Shown piece by piece: positions 1 to 9,450 of a stretch of DNA of 64,000 bases. Position 1 is the first letter of the stretch, and the number at the start of each line of letters is the position of its first letter. The position numbers and the translations under genes were made by a program. The notes below the pieces were generated by a model. That model was not told the origin of the DNA. It worked only from the letters and a program-made list of their open reading frames with translations, and ran no database searches. This stretch comes from an uncultured Gammaproteobacteria bacterium (GTDB lineage: Bacteria; Pseudomonadota; Gammaproteobacteria; Poriferisulfidales; GCA-002705445), in NCBI GenBank assembly GCA_913065025.1, contig CAJYAP010000001.1, forward strand, positions 49,545-113,544, read 5' to 3'.

Positions 1-2
1 GT

Positions 3-563
3 AAGTCTAACCCAGACTTAGAAAAGAAATTTAATTCTCTTGTATTCCCTGGAACTCAAGGCGGGCCTTTAATGCATGTTATTGCTGCAAAAGCGGTTGC
101 CTTTAAAGAAGCTTTAGAGCCAGAATTTAAGGAATATATGAGACAAGTAGTTCTTAATGCAGATATATTAGCAAAGACTATAATTGATAGAGGTTTTGAC
201 ATTGTTTCCGGTGGAACTAAAAATCATTTGATGTTGGTGAGTTTAGTTAAACAAGGTCTAACTGGAAAGGCAGCAGATGCTGCACTTCACAAAGCTAATA
301 TTACCGTCAATAAAAACTCTGTTCCTAATGATCCTCAAAGCCCATTTGTAACAAGCGGTATAAGATTGGGTACAGCTGCAATAACAACAAGAGGTTTTAA
401 AGAAGAAGAAACAGTAATTCTTGGCAATCTAATATGCGATGTCCTTGATAATATCGAAGATGAATCTACTATTAAATCTGTGAAAGAGAAAGTTTTAAAT
501 TTAACTTCTCAATACCCAGTGTATGCAAAATCAGTAGCACTAAATGCAGCAGACGCTGCATAA
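3..563 (+). CDS. glyA: Serine hydroxymethyltransferase, 3' part (5' end lies outside the window)
   Basis: Frame is open from position 3 ([32 protein letters not shown]). It contains [30 protein letters not shown] and TTRGF. The listed ORF at 72 starts at an internal Met. Confidence 0.97.
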   Translation, partial: KSNPDLEKKFNSLVFPGTQGGPLMHVIAAKAVAFKEALEPEFKEYMRQVVLNADILAKTIIDRGFDIVSGGTKNHLMLVSLVKQGLTGKAADAALHKANITVNKNSVPNDPQSPFVTSGIRLGTAAITTRGFKEEETVILGNLICDVLDNIEDESTIKSVKEKVLNLTSQYPVYAKSVALNAADAA

Positions 564-568
564 TATAA

Positions 569-1090
569 ATGCACTGTCCATTTTGCAATTCAGCTGACAC
601 AAAGGTAATAGACTCAAGATTAACCTCTGGTAATTCTCAAGTAAAGAGAAGAAGAGAATGTCTCAATTGTGAAAATAGATGGTCAACTTTAGAAACTGCA
701 GATTTAAATCTTCCGAGAGTTATTAAAAAAGATAACTCTAGGGAAGATTTCTCCGAAAAAAAAGTAGAACGAGGTATTATAAGAGCTTTAAATAAAAGGT
801 CAGTTAATAATGATTCTATAGATACAGCAATTCAAAATATAAAAAATAAATTAAAAGCTCTTACCGATAAAGAAATAATATCATCACAAATAGGTGTGCT
901 AGTTATGCAAGAGCTTAGAGAATTAGATCAAGTTGCCTATATAAGATTTGCTTCTGTATACCATAGTTTTGATGACCTTCAAGCTTTTCAAGATATTATT
1001 AAGATAATAGAAAAAGATCTAAGTCCTGAAATGATGAAAACTCAATTAAAATTAATTGATGAAGAAAATGTAAGTAATAAAAAGAAATGA
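569..1090 (+). CDS. nrdR: Transcriptional repressor NrdR
   Basis: CPFC...DSR...RRRECxxC zinc ribbon, ATP-cone, VAYIRFASVY; canonical glyA-nrdR-ribD order. Confidence 0.97.
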   Translation: MHCPFCNSADTKVIDSRLTSGNSQVKRRRECLNCENRWSTLETADLNLPRVIKKDNSREDFSEKKVERGIIRALNKRSVNNDSIDTAIQNIKNKLKALTDKEIISSQIGVLVMQELRELDQVAYIRFASVYHSFDDLQAFQDIIKIIEKDLSPEMMKTQLKLIDEENVSNKKK

Positions 1091-2181
1091 AAAAGGAAAT
1101 ATATTTTATGGAGTATGCCATTGAATTGGCAAAAAAAGGAATATATACAACTTCTCCAAATCCTTCCGTAGGCTGTATAATAACCGAAGGCAATAAAATA
1201 CTAAGCGAAGGTTATCATCTAAAATCAGGCTCAGATCACGCTGAAGTAATCGCTTTAAAAAATCTCAAGAAAAAAGTTAATAACGAAACATGTATGTATA
1301 TAACCCTTGAGCCTTGTTGCCATACTGGAAAAACTGGACCATGCACTGACACAATAATAAAATCAGGTATTAAAAATATTTTCATTTCTATGTTAGATCC
1401 TAATCCCTTAGTAAAAGGAAAAGGTGTTAAAAAACTTAGATCAAATGGAATTAGCGTAAATATAGGATTATGTAAAGATTTATCAGAAAAAATTAATCGT
1501 GGTTTTATTTCTAGAGTAACAAAAAAAATACCCTACGTAACTGCTAAACAAGCAATAAGTATGGACTATAAAATTACTAACCCAAAAAGTAAATGGATAA
1601 GCAGCGCTCAATCTAGAAAAGATGTTCAATATTTTAGAGCAAAATCATGTGCAATTTTAGTTAGCTCTAAAACTATTATAAAAGATAATTCAAAATTAAA
1701 AATAAAATTAAAGAAAAGTGATTTAAATAATAACGAAAAAATAATCCATCCTATAAGAATTGTGTTAGATACAAATTTAAGTTTAAATATAAATAAATAT
1801 AATATTTTTGAGGGCAAAGAAAAAAAAATTATTTTTAATTCTATATCTACTTCATATAATGAAAATAAAAATATTGATTTTATTAAAATTAGAAAAGATA
1901 AAAATGGTCTTAGGTTAAAAAATATATTTAATATATTGGCTATCAAATACGAAATTAATAATTTATATATTGAGCCTGGATCCAAACTTCTCAATACACT
2001 TGTGTCATATAACCTTATTGACGAGCTAGTTTTTTACAAAAGTCCGGAAATTATTGGTAAGCTGGGATTATCGACTCTTGTTATTAATTCAAAACCTTCT
2101 AAAAATATAAGTATTGTCACAGAATCTATAACGAAAATATCCAATGATGTTAGAATAATATATAAATTTTTGAGAAAATAA
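1087..2181 (+). CDS. ribD: Bifunctional riboflavin pyrimidine deaminase/reductase RibD
   Basis: PNPSVG, HAE and TLEPCCHTGKTGPC deaminase motifs; divergent C-terminal reductase domain. Confidence 0.93.
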   Translation: MKKEIYFMEYAIELAKKGIYTTSPNPSVGCIITEGNKILSEGYHLKSGSDHAEVIALKNLKKKVNNETCMYITLEPCCHTGKTGPCTDTIIKSGIKNIFISMLDPNPLVKGKGVKKLRSNGISVNIGLCKDLSEKINRGFISRVTKKIPYVTAKQAISMDYKITNPKSKWISSAQSRKDVQYFRAKSCAILVSSKTIIKDNSKLKIKLKKSDLNNNEKIIHPIRIVLDTNLSLNINKYNIFEGKEKKIIFNSISTSYNENKNIDFIKIRKDKNGLRLKNIFNILAIKYEINNLYIEPGSKLLNTLVSYNLIDELVFYKSPEIIGKLGLSTLVINSKPSKNISIVTESITKISNDVRIIYKFLRK

Positions 2182-2780
2182 TGTTTACCGGTTTAATACA
2201 AAAAATTGCTACTGTAAATTCGATAAATAGCCATCACGGCGATTTGCAGGTTATTCTATCTGCAGAAGAAAGTTTTGTATCTACGCTTTCAGATGGGGAT
2301 AGTTTATCTATTAATGGTGTTTGCTTAACTGTATACAACATTAATAAGAATAGTTTTTCTTTTGACGTATCCAATGAAACTCTAGATGTAACTACTTTAA
2401 CTCAAATATGCTCAGGCTATATGGTAAACGTTGAAAGCGCTTTAAGTTTAAATGATAAACTAGGTGGACACATGGTTAGTGGACATGTAGATTGTATGGC
2501 ACAAGTAGTTGAAATTTCTAAAGATGCAAGGTCATATAAAGTGAAATTTAAACTAGAAAATAAAGATTATTTTAAATATATAGTAAGAAAGGGTTCAATA
2601 TGCGTTGATGGTGTTAGCTTAACTGTTAATGATGAATCAAATAATAATTTTTTTGTAAATATAATTCCTTTTACGTGGGATAATACCATTACTAAATATT
2701 ATAAAATTGGAACAATGGTCAATATCGAAATAGATAGAGTTGCCTTACATGTAGAAAAATTATTAAATTATAAGGATTGA
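2181..2780 (+). CDS. ribE: Riboflavin synthase (alpha chain)
   Basis: MFTG N-terminus, GDSLSINGVCLT, GGHMVSGHVD, KGSICVDGVSLT, VNIEID. Confidence 0.96.
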   Translation: MFTGLIQKIATVNSINSHHGDLQVILSAEESFVSTLSDGDSLSINGVCLTVYNINKNSFSFDVSNETLDVTTLTQICSGYMVNVESALSLNDKLGGHMVSGHVDCMAQVVEISKDARSYKVKFKLENKDYFKYIVRKGSICVDGVSLTVNDESNNNFFVNIIPFTWDNTITKYYKIGTMVNIEIDRVALHVEKLLNYKD

Positions 2781-2789
2781 GAAAATTAA

Positions 2790-3878
2790 ATGTTGTCAAA
2801 TACAGAAGATATACTTGAGGATTTAAAACGCGGAAAAATGGTCTTAATAGTAGATGATGAAAGTCGTGAAAATGAGGGTGATTTCATTATGGCTGCTTCA
2901 AAAGTTACACCTGAAGATATTAATTTTATGAGCAAGTATGCTAGAGGCTTAATTTGCTTAACTCTTACAAGGGAAAGATGTAAGCAATTAAATTTACCAT
3001 TGATGAAAATTGACACTGATTCAAATCATGAAACTAACTTCACAATATCTATAGAAGCTTCAGAAGGTGTAACCACAGGAATATCTGCCTATGATAGAGC
3101 TCATACTATACGTACAGCAGTATTACCTGATGCAACTTCTAACGATATTTCTAGACCAGGACATATATTTCCATTGATGGCACAACCAGGCGGAGTCTTA
3201 ACAAGAGCAGGACATACAGAGGCAGGATGTGATTTAGCTAGGATAGCAGGCTTTGAACCAGCAGCAGTTATCGTTGAAATTATGAGTGACGATGGATCAA
3301 TGGCAAGATTACCTGAACTAAAAGAAATAGCAAAAGAACACAATATAAAAATTGGAACAATTGAAGATTTAATAAAATATAGAACTAAGCATGAAAAGAC
3401 TGTAATTAGAAAAAATGAATCACCAATAAACACTGAATACGGTGAATTTAATTTAGTTTCTTATGAGGATATATTGTCAGATACTGCGCATATAGCTTTA
3501 GTAAAAGGTAATATAGATAATAATCAATCAACATTCGTTAGAGTTCATATACAAAATACCATTAAGGACATTTTACATTCGTCACATCATTCTGGATGGC
3601 CATTAAAAAATGCTATGCAAAGAATAAATAAAGAAGGCAATGGGGTAATACTCATATTAAGATGGAGTGAGTCTGTTAATGCAATAATAAAAGATATTGA
3701 TAAAATTAAGAATACCAATGAAGATTTATCTCAGGATTTTGACAGAAGAACACTAGGTGTTGGCGGACAGATTTTATCTGACCTAGGCGTTACAAAAATG
3801 AAATTATTGAGCTCTCCAAAAACATTTTATGGACTTGGTGGATACGGTTTAGAAATTGAAAAGTATATTACGGAATAA
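2790..3878 (+). CDS. ribB: 3,4-dihydroxy-2-butanone 4-phosphate synthase fused to a degenerate GTP cyclohydrolase II-like domain (RibBX type)
   Basis: DDESRENEGD, TTGISAYDR, RPGHIFPL, RAGHTEA; the C-terminal domain has RVH and GxQILSDLG but no zinc-binding Cys. Confidence 0.92.
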   Translation: MLSNTEDILEDLKRGKMVLIVDDESRENEGDFIMAASKVTPEDINFMSKYARGLICLTLTRERCKQLNLPLMKIDTDSNHETNFTISIEASEGVTTGISAYDRAHTIRTAVLPDATSNDISRPGHIFPLMAQPGGVLTRAGHTEAGCDLARIAGFEPAAVIVEIMSDDGSMARLPELKEIAKEHNIKIGTIEDLIKYRTKHEKTVIRKNESPINTEYGEFNLVSYEDILSDTAHIALVKGNIDNNQSTFVRVHIQNTIKDILHSSHHSGWPLKNAMQRINKEGNGVILILRWSESVNAIIKDIDKIKNTNEDLSQDFDRRTLGVGGQILSDLGVTKMKLLSSPKTFYGLGGYGLEIEKYITE

Positions 3879-3880
3879 CA

Positions 3881-4345
3881 ATGACTAAAGAAAAATTAAA
3901 TATTATAGTTATTAGATCAGAATTCAACGAAGATATTGTAAGTAACCTGTTTTTAGGTGTTAAAAAATTTTTTGATCAAAAAAAAATACAAAATAAAATA
4001 ACTGAAATAAGAGTCCCAGGAGCTTTTGAATTACCTTTTATGGCAAAACAGGTTATTGAAAAAAGTAATCTTAATATAGATTGCATAATAACTTTAGGCT
4101 GTGTAATTAAAGGAGAGACAGCACACTTTGAATATATATCTAGTGCATGCGTAAGTACGTTATCTAAGCTAACTTTACAGACTAACACTCCCATAATGCT
4201 TGGAGTAATTACGGCATATACAAAAGAACAAGCTATAGCAAGATCCCAAATAGATTTTGATGAGGCGGGCAATTTAAATATTGGGTATAATGCAGCTAAC
4301 GCAGCATTTCAAACTTTGATATCCAAAAAAAATCACAATCTTTAA
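3881..4345 (+). CDS. ribH: 6,7-dimethyl-8-ribityllumazine synthase
   Basis: FN, VPGAFELP, LGCVIKGETAHFEYI, GVIT...QAIAR; position in the rib operon. Confidence 0.93.
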   Translation: MTKEKLNIIVIRSEFNEDIVSNLFLGVKKFFDQKKIQNKITEIRVPGAFELPFMAKQVIEKSNLNIDCIITLGCVIKGETAHFEYISSACVSTLSKLTLQTNTPIMLGVITAYTKEQAIARSQIDFDEAGNLNIGYNAANAAFQTLISKKNHNL

Positions 4346-4347
4346 AA

Positions 4348-4788
4348 ATGAAGATTAATAATTCCATGCGTAATAATAACCGTAATATTTGGTCGCGGCG
4401 ATTAGCAATTCAAGCAGTATATTCGTGGTCTATTAATAGTTGTGATATTAATGAATTGCATGATGCTTTTAAAAATGATGAAAACTATAACAAGTCAGAT
4501 AATGACTACTTTAAAGATATTATTTATGGTGTAATAAATAATATTTCTGAAATTGATAAATATATTACTGATTCATCTAATATTGATATAAAAACTATTA
4601 ATTTTGTAGAACTTAGTATTATCAGATGCTTTATTTTTGAACTTGGATTTAATAATAAGTTTCCAAATGAAGTACTTTTAGCTGAATCTGTTAAGTTAGC
4701 AAGTAAGTTTGGTGGTCAAGATAGTTATAAGTTTATCAATGCTTTTCTTGAAAACTATATTAAAAGTAATCTTAATGAAAATAAGTGA
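4348..4788 (+). CDS. nusB: Transcription antitermination factor NusB
   Basis: SRRLAIQAVY, ESVKLASKFG...KFINAFL; ribH-nusB-thiL order. The start could be at 4366. Confidence 0.9.
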   Translation: MKINNSMRNNNRNIWSRRLAIQAVYSWSINSCDINELHDAFKNDENYNKSDNDYFKDIIYGVINNISEIDKYITDSSNIDIKTINFVELSIIRCFIFELGFNNKFPNEVLLAESVKLASKFGGQDSYKFINAFLENYIKSNLNENK

Positions 4789-5698
4789 AAAAGATATTAT
4801 TAAAATAGTCTCTAACAATAATAATTTTAGAGAAGAAGTCCTTATTCCAATTGGAGAAGATGCTAGCGTCTTATATCCTCAACAGGATTCTTATTTGGTT
4901 AGTACTACTGACACAATGGTTTTTAGAACACACTTTAATAAAGATATTACTCCATATGAACTAGGATATATCGCTGCAGCATCTAATATTAGTGATTTAT
5001 CTGCTATGGGCGCGACACCTGCATTTGCACTTATAAACTTAACAATTGACAAACCCACAAAGGAATATATAAAAGAAATAACAAGGGGCTATAACAAAAT
5101 TTTTAAAAGCTTTCCGGTATCTGTTATTGGTGGTGATACGACATATGGGCCTCCTAGTATAACAATGACATTAATTGGCTATGCAAAAAATAGTAACTTC
5201 ATGCTAACCAGTAACGCAAAAGCAGAGGATAAGATATTTATTTCGGGTGCTATTGGAGAGAGTTTTTTAGCAATGAAAAATAATAATTATCATCTTCCTG
5301 CAATAAGAAATGAACTAGGAAGAGTTTTATCTGACTATGCAAATAGTTGTACAGACATGTCAGATGGATTTTTAGAATCATTAAATAATATAACAGATAA
5401 AAGTAACTTAGGTGCACATATACAAGTTGAAAACATAGCTATTAATAAGAAATTAAAAGAACTAATAGATACTGAAAAAGTATCATGGCAAGATATTCTT
5501 AGTTATGGAGATGACTACGAACTTTTTTTTACAGTAGAAGAGAAAAATTCTTTAATATTAAAGTCAGTGTGTAAAAATATTGGTATAGAAATATATGAAG
5601 TTGGAAACTTAACTCATAATAATGAAATAAAACTGAGCTTCAAAAAAAAGTCTTTGGATATTAATATTAAAAAAAGATTTGAACATTTTAAATTATGA
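4775..5698 (+). CDS. thiL: Thiamine-monophosphate kinase
   Basis: IGEDA, TTD, HF, SNISDLSAMGA, GGDT, DMSDG, GDDYEL. Start moved to ATG 4775 (MKISEKDII), which overlaps the nusB end. Confidence 0.92.
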   Translation: MKISEKDIIKIVSNNNNFREEVLIPIGEDASVLYPQQDSYLVSTTDTMVFRTHFNKDITPYELGYIAAASNISDLSAMGATPAFALINLTIDKPTKEYIKEITRGYNKIFKSFPVSVIGGDTTYGPPSITMTLIGYAKNSNFMLTSNAKAEDKIFISGAIGESFLAMKNNNYHLPAIRNELGRVLSDYANSCTDMSDGFLESLNNITDKSNLGAHIQVENIAINKKLKELIDTEKVSWQDILSYGDDYELFFTVEEKNSLILKSVCKNIGIEIYEVGNLTHNNEIKLSFKKKSLDINIKKRFEHFKL

Positions 5699-6153
5699 TA
5701 AATAAACTAGTAGAATTTATATTAACTGGATTTTATTCAGGAAAGTTAAAATATATGCCAGGAACCTTTGGCACAGTTTTTGGTATTATAATTTATATTG
5801 GTATTGCTAATAATAATTTACAAGACAATATTTTTTTATTATTAATCTTATTCTTTTTTTCTTTAATATTGTTAGATTACTCATATAAAAAAAATATATT
5901 CAAAAATAAAGACGACAAATCTATTGTTATTGATGAAATCATAGGATATTTATTTTTTATGATTTTTTTTGATATTAATGTAAGTAATATTATTATTGGT
6001 TTCATATTATTTAGATTTTTTGATATATTAAAACCTTTTCCAATATCTTTTGTTGATAAAAATATAAAAAATAGCTTTGGCGTTATCCTCGATGATATTA
6101 TTGCAGGTTTTTTTTCAGGAATAGTATTATTTTCAATTAATTATGTTGTTTAA
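5695..6153 (+). CDS. pgpA: Phosphatidylglycerophosphatase A
   Basis: PGTFGT, IVIDEIIG, FRFFDILKPFPI, GVILDDIIAG. Confidence 0.93.
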   Translation: MINKLVEFILTGFYSGKLKYMPGTFGTVFGIIIYIGIANNNLQDNIFLLLILFFFSLILLDYSYKKNIFKNKDDKSIVIDEIIGYLFFMIFFDINVSNIIIGFILFRFFDILKPFPISFVDKNIKNSFGVILDDIIAGFFSGIVLFSINYVV

Positions 6154-7036
6154 TAAGTCTTTCATTAAATGGCTATATTTTTCTTTATTAGTGATTATGT
6201 TTGGAAGTGCATTTTTATTGATCGAGTTATCATTAAAATCGTTTTCTCCATCGATAATAGCATTGTCTAGAGTATCTATAGCCGCATTGGTATTATTTTT
6301 ATATTCAATGCTTAAAGGTTATTCTTACGGTTTTGTTAAAGATCATTTTATACTATTGTTCATATTGGGGTTATCAGGAACAACCATACCTTTTTATCTT
6401 ATAAGCTGGGCTCAAATGACAATTAATAGTAGTGAAACCGGTATATTAATAGGTTTTATGCCCATTTTTACAATTATTGGTTCTCATTATTTTTTTAAAT
6501 ATGAGCAATTAACAGCAAATAAAGTTTTCGGTTTTATTTTAGGGTTTATTGGTTTGTTTGTACTATTAATAAATAATGAAAATTCTATAAATTTTGAGGA
6601 TAATATTATTGCAAAAATTGCTGTTATATTCGCCGCTTTTTTCTATGCACTAAATGCTTTATTGGTGAAAAAAATTAAAAATATTAAAGTTATTCCTCTA
6701 TCAGCGATTGTAATGATTTTTTCTTCACTGCAATTGTTATTTTTTGTATTAGTAACCTACAATAATAATACATATACAGAAGTAATTTATATTGATTCTT
6801 TAATTGCTCTATTGTTTATGGCTATATTTTCAACAGCTATAGCAACAGTAATTTATTATAAAATTATACATGATTATGGGCCTAATTTTTTAAGCTTAGT
6901 AAACTATCCAATTCCAATATATGCTTTTTTTTCAGGTGTAATTTTTTTAGATGAAAATATTAATATATACTCAATTATTTCTCTAGTGTTAGTCGTTATA
7001 GCTATATACATATCTCAAAAAAATAAGATTAATTAA
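6143..7036 (+). CDS. DMT/EamA family transporter
   Basis: About 10 hydrophobic helices with a two-repeat EamA pattern (GSAF...P...R; VNYPIP...GVIFLDE). Confidence 0.85.
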   Translation: MLFNKSFIKWLYFSLLVIMFGSAFLLIELSLKSFSPSIIALSRVSIAALVLFLYSMLKGYSYGFVKDHFILLFILGLSGTTIPFYLISWAQMTINSSETGILIGFMPIFTIIGSHYFFKYEQLTANKVFGFILGFIGLFVLLINNENSINFEDNIIAKIAVIFAAFFYALNALLVKKIKNIKVIPLSAIVMIFSSLQLLFFVLVTYNNNTYTEVIYIDSLIALLFMAIFSTAIATVIYYKIIHDYGPNFLSLVNYPIPIYAFFSGVIFLDENINIYSIISLVLVVIAIYISQKNKIN

Positions 7037-7691
7037 GTTTTATAAACAGACTAAAATTTTTATTTGTAGCATTTATTGTTAATTTTTTTTCTTTACTGAT
7101 ATGAGCCATTCCATTATAAATTCCATCTGATATTCCACATGAAGCTATTTCAATATTAATACCATATATTTTCTTATTAAGATTAATTAGCTCTCCATAA
7201 TAATTACAATTATTGCTGTCCTTGCCATAAATTTTAAAGTTTTTTATTAAAAAATTATGTTTTACCTGACTCTCGTAAGATTCCCAGTTTTTATTTATTA
7301 TATCACTTGCATCTAATATTTCGTTATCACTGTATTTTACCAAATATATATTCCCATAATCTTTTGCTGGTTCTGTAATCCATTTCCCGCTCATAATATT
7401 TTCGTTAATAATTTTTCCTTTGATTTCAGCAGTTCCAAATTTGCTACCATCCCTAAGATACATAGATAAATTCCACTTAAAATTATCTTCTTTAATATTA
7501 AATTTCCCTTCATATACAACTTTAGCTTTTTCAGTATATGCAGTTGCTATTTTGCCTGATACTAGTCCTGTAAAATCATATTTTCCATGACCATTAATAT
7601 CAAATATGCCTGACCATACCCCATCAAACGATATTGCTTGAGTTGAAAATATTAACATACCTATAATTTTTAAAATTTTTATTCCTGTCAT
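7029..7691 (-). CDS. Hypothetical exported protein, predicted beta-rich
   Basis: 220-aa ORF filling the gap; signal-peptide-like N-terminus; alternating aromatic/Gly strands; two Cys in the second half. Confidence 0.7.
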   Translation of the reverse strand: MTGIKILKIIGMLIFSTQAISFDGVWSGIFDINGHGKYDFTGLVSGKIATAYTEKAKVVYEGKFNIKEDNFKWNLSMYLRDGSKFGTAEIKGKIINENIMSGKWITEPAKDYGNIYLVKYSDNEILDASDIINKNWESYESQVKHNFLIKNFKIYGKDSNNCNYYGELINLNKKIYGINIEIASCGISDGIYNGMAHISKEKKLTINATNKNFSLFIKLN

Positions 7692-7746
7692 GATTTTAAA
7701 ACTCTAACATCATTTTTTAATAAATGTTAATATAATGTTGCAAAGC

Positions 7747-7774
7747 TTGACATAGGGTTGCTTTAGCCTAATAT
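7747..7774 (+). promoter_or_regulatory. Sigma70-type promoter for tRNA-Ala/moaA
   Basis: Perfect TTGACA (7747-7752), 16-bp spacer, TAATAT (7769-7774), 10 nt before the tRNA. Confidence 0.6.
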
Positions 7775-7784
7775 GCAAAAAATA

Positions 7785-7857
7785 GGGGCTATAGCTCAGT
7801 TGGTAGAGCATTTGCATGGCATGCAAAGGGTCGGCGGTTCGAATCCGCCTAGCTCCA
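7785..7857 (+). tRNA. tRNA-Ala (anticodon GGC); CCA not encoded
   Basis: GGGGCTA/TAGCTCC acceptor stem with G3:U70, D-arm AGCTCAGTTGGTAGAGC, anticodon arm TTTGC-ATGGCAT-GCAAA, T-arm GGCGG-TTCGAAT-CCGCC, discriminator A followed by CAA. Confidence 0.97.
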
Positions 7858-7874
7858 CAATTTATTTATTAAAC

Positions 7875-8885
7875 ATGAATATAGCTGATAAATTTTCGAG
7901 AAAATTAAGAGATGTTAGGATATCTGTTACAGACAGATGTAACTTTAGGTGTACTTACTGTATGCCCAAAGAAGTATATGATGTAAATTATAAATTTTTT
8001 AAAAAAACAGAGATTCTCAGCTTCGAGGAAATAATAAGACTGGTAAAAATTCTTGCTTCTCTTGGTGTTAAGAAAGTTCGATTAACTGGCGGAGAACCAT
8101 TATTAAGAAAAAACATTCATGTGTTAGTAAAACATATTAAAGAAATCAAAGGTATTACAGATATCAGCATGACTACTAATGGTGTTCTGCTTTCAGAAAA
8201 AAAAGCTTTGCTGCTAAAAGAGTCCGGATTGAACAGATTAACAATTAGCTTAGATTCTATAGACCCCATAAGATTTCAAGAAATAAGTGGCACTAACTAT
8301 CATCCAAACGATGTTTTGTCAGGCATACATAATGCAAAAAAAGTGGGCTTTGAAAATATAAAAATTAATATGGTGGTAAAAAAAGACATTAATCATGAGG
8401 ATATATTACCGATGTTAGATAAATTTAGTGACACTGGTTGCATAGTTAGATTTATTGAATTTATGGATGTTGGTAATGTTAACTTCTGGGAAAAAAAAGA
8501 TGTTATTTCACTGAAAGAAATTTTAAGTATTATTTCTAATAAATATCATGTTAAATCATTAGAAAAAAACTATAGTAGTGAAGTTGCAAAAAGATGGTCT
8601 TATAGTGGTGGAGAATTTGGAATTATAAGCTCTATATCTAATCCTTTTTGCGGAGACTGCTCAAGAATTAGGCTTACTGCTGAGGGTAAACTTTTTACAT
8701 GTTTATTTGCAGATAAATCACATGATATAAAAAAATTAGTGAGATCCTCTGAATCAGATGAAATTATTAAGAACTATTTAATTAATATGTGGAAAGTGAG
8801 GGATGATAAATATTCTGAAACAAGAATGTCTCAAAATGGATTACAAAATATTAAAAAAGCAGAAATGTCTTATATCGGCGGTTAA
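7875..8885 (+). CDS. moaA: GTP 3',8-cyclase (radical SAM)
   Basis: CNFRCTYC, TGGEP, RFIEFM, CGDCSR...C and C-terminal IGG. The true start is ATG 7875; the listed ORF reads through the tRNA. Confidence 0.96.
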   Translation: MNIADKFSRKLRDVRISVTDRCNFRCTYCMPKEVYDVNYKFFKKTEILSFEEIIRLVKILASLGVKKVRLTGGEPLLRKNIHVLVKHIKEIKGITDISMTTNGVLLSEKKALLLKESGLNRLTISLDSIDPIRFQEISGTNYHPNDVLSGIHNAKKVGFENIKINMVVKKDINHEDILPMLDKFSDTGCIVRFIEFMDVGNVNFWEKKDVISLKEILSIISNKYHVKSLEKNYSSEVAKRWSYSGGEFGIISSISNPFCGDCSRIRLTAEGKLFTCLFADKSHDIKKLVRSSESDEIIKNYLINMWKVRDDKYSETRMSQNGLQNIKKAEMSYIGG

Positions 8886-9391
8886 TCTTTAAGTCTAGGC
8901 ATTAATTCTACTAAATTACATGGCTTATGTTCTGAATCAAGCTGATATTGAATAATATCTAACCACGCATCCTTGCAAGCACCAGGAGATCCAGGTAAGC
9001 AAAATATATATGTTGAGTTTGCTACTCCAGCAATAGCCCTTGACTGTATTGTCGAAGTTTTAATTTTTTTATATGAAAGACTTCTAAATATTTCACCAAA
9101 ACCATCAATTCGTTTATCTAGAAGAACTTCTACAGCTTCAGGAGTACCGTCAGTACCAGTTACGCCAGTACCTCCTGTTGTAATTACAACGTTAATTTTT
9201 TCTGTATCAATCCAAGATGAAACAATGCTCCTAATTGAGTAGATATTATCTTTAACAATTGCATGTTCAATTGCAGTATGCTCAGCTTCCTCTACTAGTT
9301 CGCAAAGGAGATTACCAGATTTATCTGTTTCTTTCGTTCTAGAGTCAGATATTGTTAAAATAGCTATATTTAGTTTAATTTTTTCATTCAT
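8882..9391 (-). CDS. moaB: Molybdenum cofactor biosynthesis protein B
   Basis: LTISDSR...DKSG, TTGGTG...DGTPEA, GFGEIFR, QSRA, LPGSPGAC, PCN. Confidence 0.94.
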   Translation of the reverse strand: MNEKIKLNIAILTISDSRTKETDKSGNLLCELVEEAEHTAIEHAIVKDNIYSIRSIVSSWIDTEKINVVITTGGTGVTGTDGTPEAVEVLLDKRIDGFGEIFRSLSYKKIKTSTIQSRAIAGVANSTYIFCLPGSPGACKDAWLDIIQYQLDSEHKPCNLVELMPRLKD

Positions 9392-9450
9392 TAAGTGATA
9401 ATATTATTTATTAATGAAATATACAATAAACAATACTATCTATATAAAAT

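Noticed and set aside
7773..7874. 34-aa N-terminal extension of MoaA in the ORF track
   Set aside because: It is a translation through the tRNA-Ala gene; MoaA similarity begins at ATG 7875.
7700..7900. tRNA as integration site of a genomic island
   Set aside because: No integrase, no duplicated tRNA 3' end noticed elsewhere in the window, and housekeeping moaA follows immediately.
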